DNA of 64,000 nucleotides. It comes from Candidatus Bathyarchaeia archaeon. GTDB taxonomy: Archaea; Thermoproteota; Bathyarchaeia; Bathyarchaeales; DTEX01. Location: contig JAWAZE010000001.1 in the NCBI GenBank assembly GCA_038817885.1, positions 8,941-72,940 of the forward strand, read 5' to 3'. Below, piece after piece: positions 63,593 to 64,000 of the stretch. The notes under the pieces are model-generated. The model was given only the letters and a program-made list of their open reading frames with translations, did no database searches and was not told the origin of the DNA. A program made the translations under genes and the position numbers. The first letter of the stretch is position 1; each line of letters starts with the position of its first letter.

Positions 63593-64000
63593 TTAGCCGA
63601 TCTTACGGGCGATCTCTGCTATTATCTTAGCGACTGAGACAGAGTCCTCTCCAAAAATAACTATCATTGGCTCCTTGCCAATGTCACCCCTATGATATAT
63701 TACGTCTGGAACTCCCCCAATCCTACTTATTGCCTGTTTAACGCCCCACGGGATTGTCATGCACTCAACGCGCTTTATCTCCTCCGGCTCCTCAGACCTC
63801 TCATAGAATGATATCTTTAATCCCTTCTCTCTAAGGGCATTGAGTATCTCCTCTGAGTATCTTAAGTTTACTGCAGCCCTTTTTCTGGCATCATACTTCA
63901 TGATCTCTAGTAAATATCGGGCTAGATGGCTTGATGCGCCGAACTCTGGGCATGAGACCGCTCTAACACCACTAAAGACTTTTACTAGCCTACCAGGTAT
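63593..64000 (-). CDS. ThiN-domain protein (thiamine-phosphate synthase ThiN-type), 5'-truncated by the window edge
   Basis: 'TIPWGVKQAISRIGGVPDVIYHRGDIGKEPMIVIFGED'. The frame stays open upstream of the ORF-track ATG at 63901 all the way to 64000 ('...PGRLVKVFSGVRAVSCPEFGASSHLARYLLEI-MKYD'), so the gene is partial. Confidence 0.7.
   Translation of the reverse strand: MPGRLVKVFSGVRAVSCPEFGASSHLARYLLEIMKYDARKRAAVNLRYSEEILNALREKGLKISFYERSEEPEEIKRVECMTIPWGVKQAISRIGGVPDVIYHRGDIGKEPMIVIFGEDSVSVAKIIAEIARKIG

Noticed and set aside
1-64000. CRISPR arrays, IS elements/transposases, toxin-antitoxin pairs, known defence systems
   Set aside because: Reading the intergenic regions (all under 330 nt) showed no regularly spaced repeats and no terminal inverted repeats. 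The ORF set contains no transposase, integrase or Cas-like motifs.

Overview
This 64-kb window is AT-rich (low-40s % GC by eye), densely packed and clearly archaeal. It looks TACK/Thermoproteota-like. Evidence: family-B DNA polymerase, archaeal DnaG, Hjc, TFE, MBF1, NAC, RpoK, proteasome beta subunit, Trm1 and Trm56, an uL3-uL4-uL23-uL2 operon, an orphan 5S rRNA and a multi-intron tRNA. I support about 70 protein genes. Most are housekeeping: replication, translation, tRNA modification, NAD, proline, leucine/lysine, glycogen, H+-PPase and tungsten AOR. I also call two RNA genes that the ORF track hides: a 5S rRNA on the minus strand at 33732-33854, and a 196-nt intron-containing tRNA at 33955-34150. 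I see no CRISPR array, transposase, integrase or recognisable defence island.

The most unusual content is:
1. A minus-strand gene string at 11379->4234: NTase/kinase fusion, RNase J-like, corrinoid protein, URO-D-type methyltransferase, AOR and MoaD-like protein. A class II aldolase and a TraB-like::MtdA-like fusion lie next to it. This could be a non-methanogenic methyl/aldehyde (C1) module.
2. An orphan MCM/Lon-like AAA+ protein with a degenerate Walker B motif, behind a 242-nt AT-rich spacer.
3. The tRNA gene, which is interrupted at two or three sites.
4. rpoK, which has no canonical start codon.

All family assignments come from motif recognition by eye and memory. No database search was run. 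Start codons were adjusted where a Shine-Dalgarno-like GGAGG/GGTGA plus an ATG/TTG fits better than the longest ORF.
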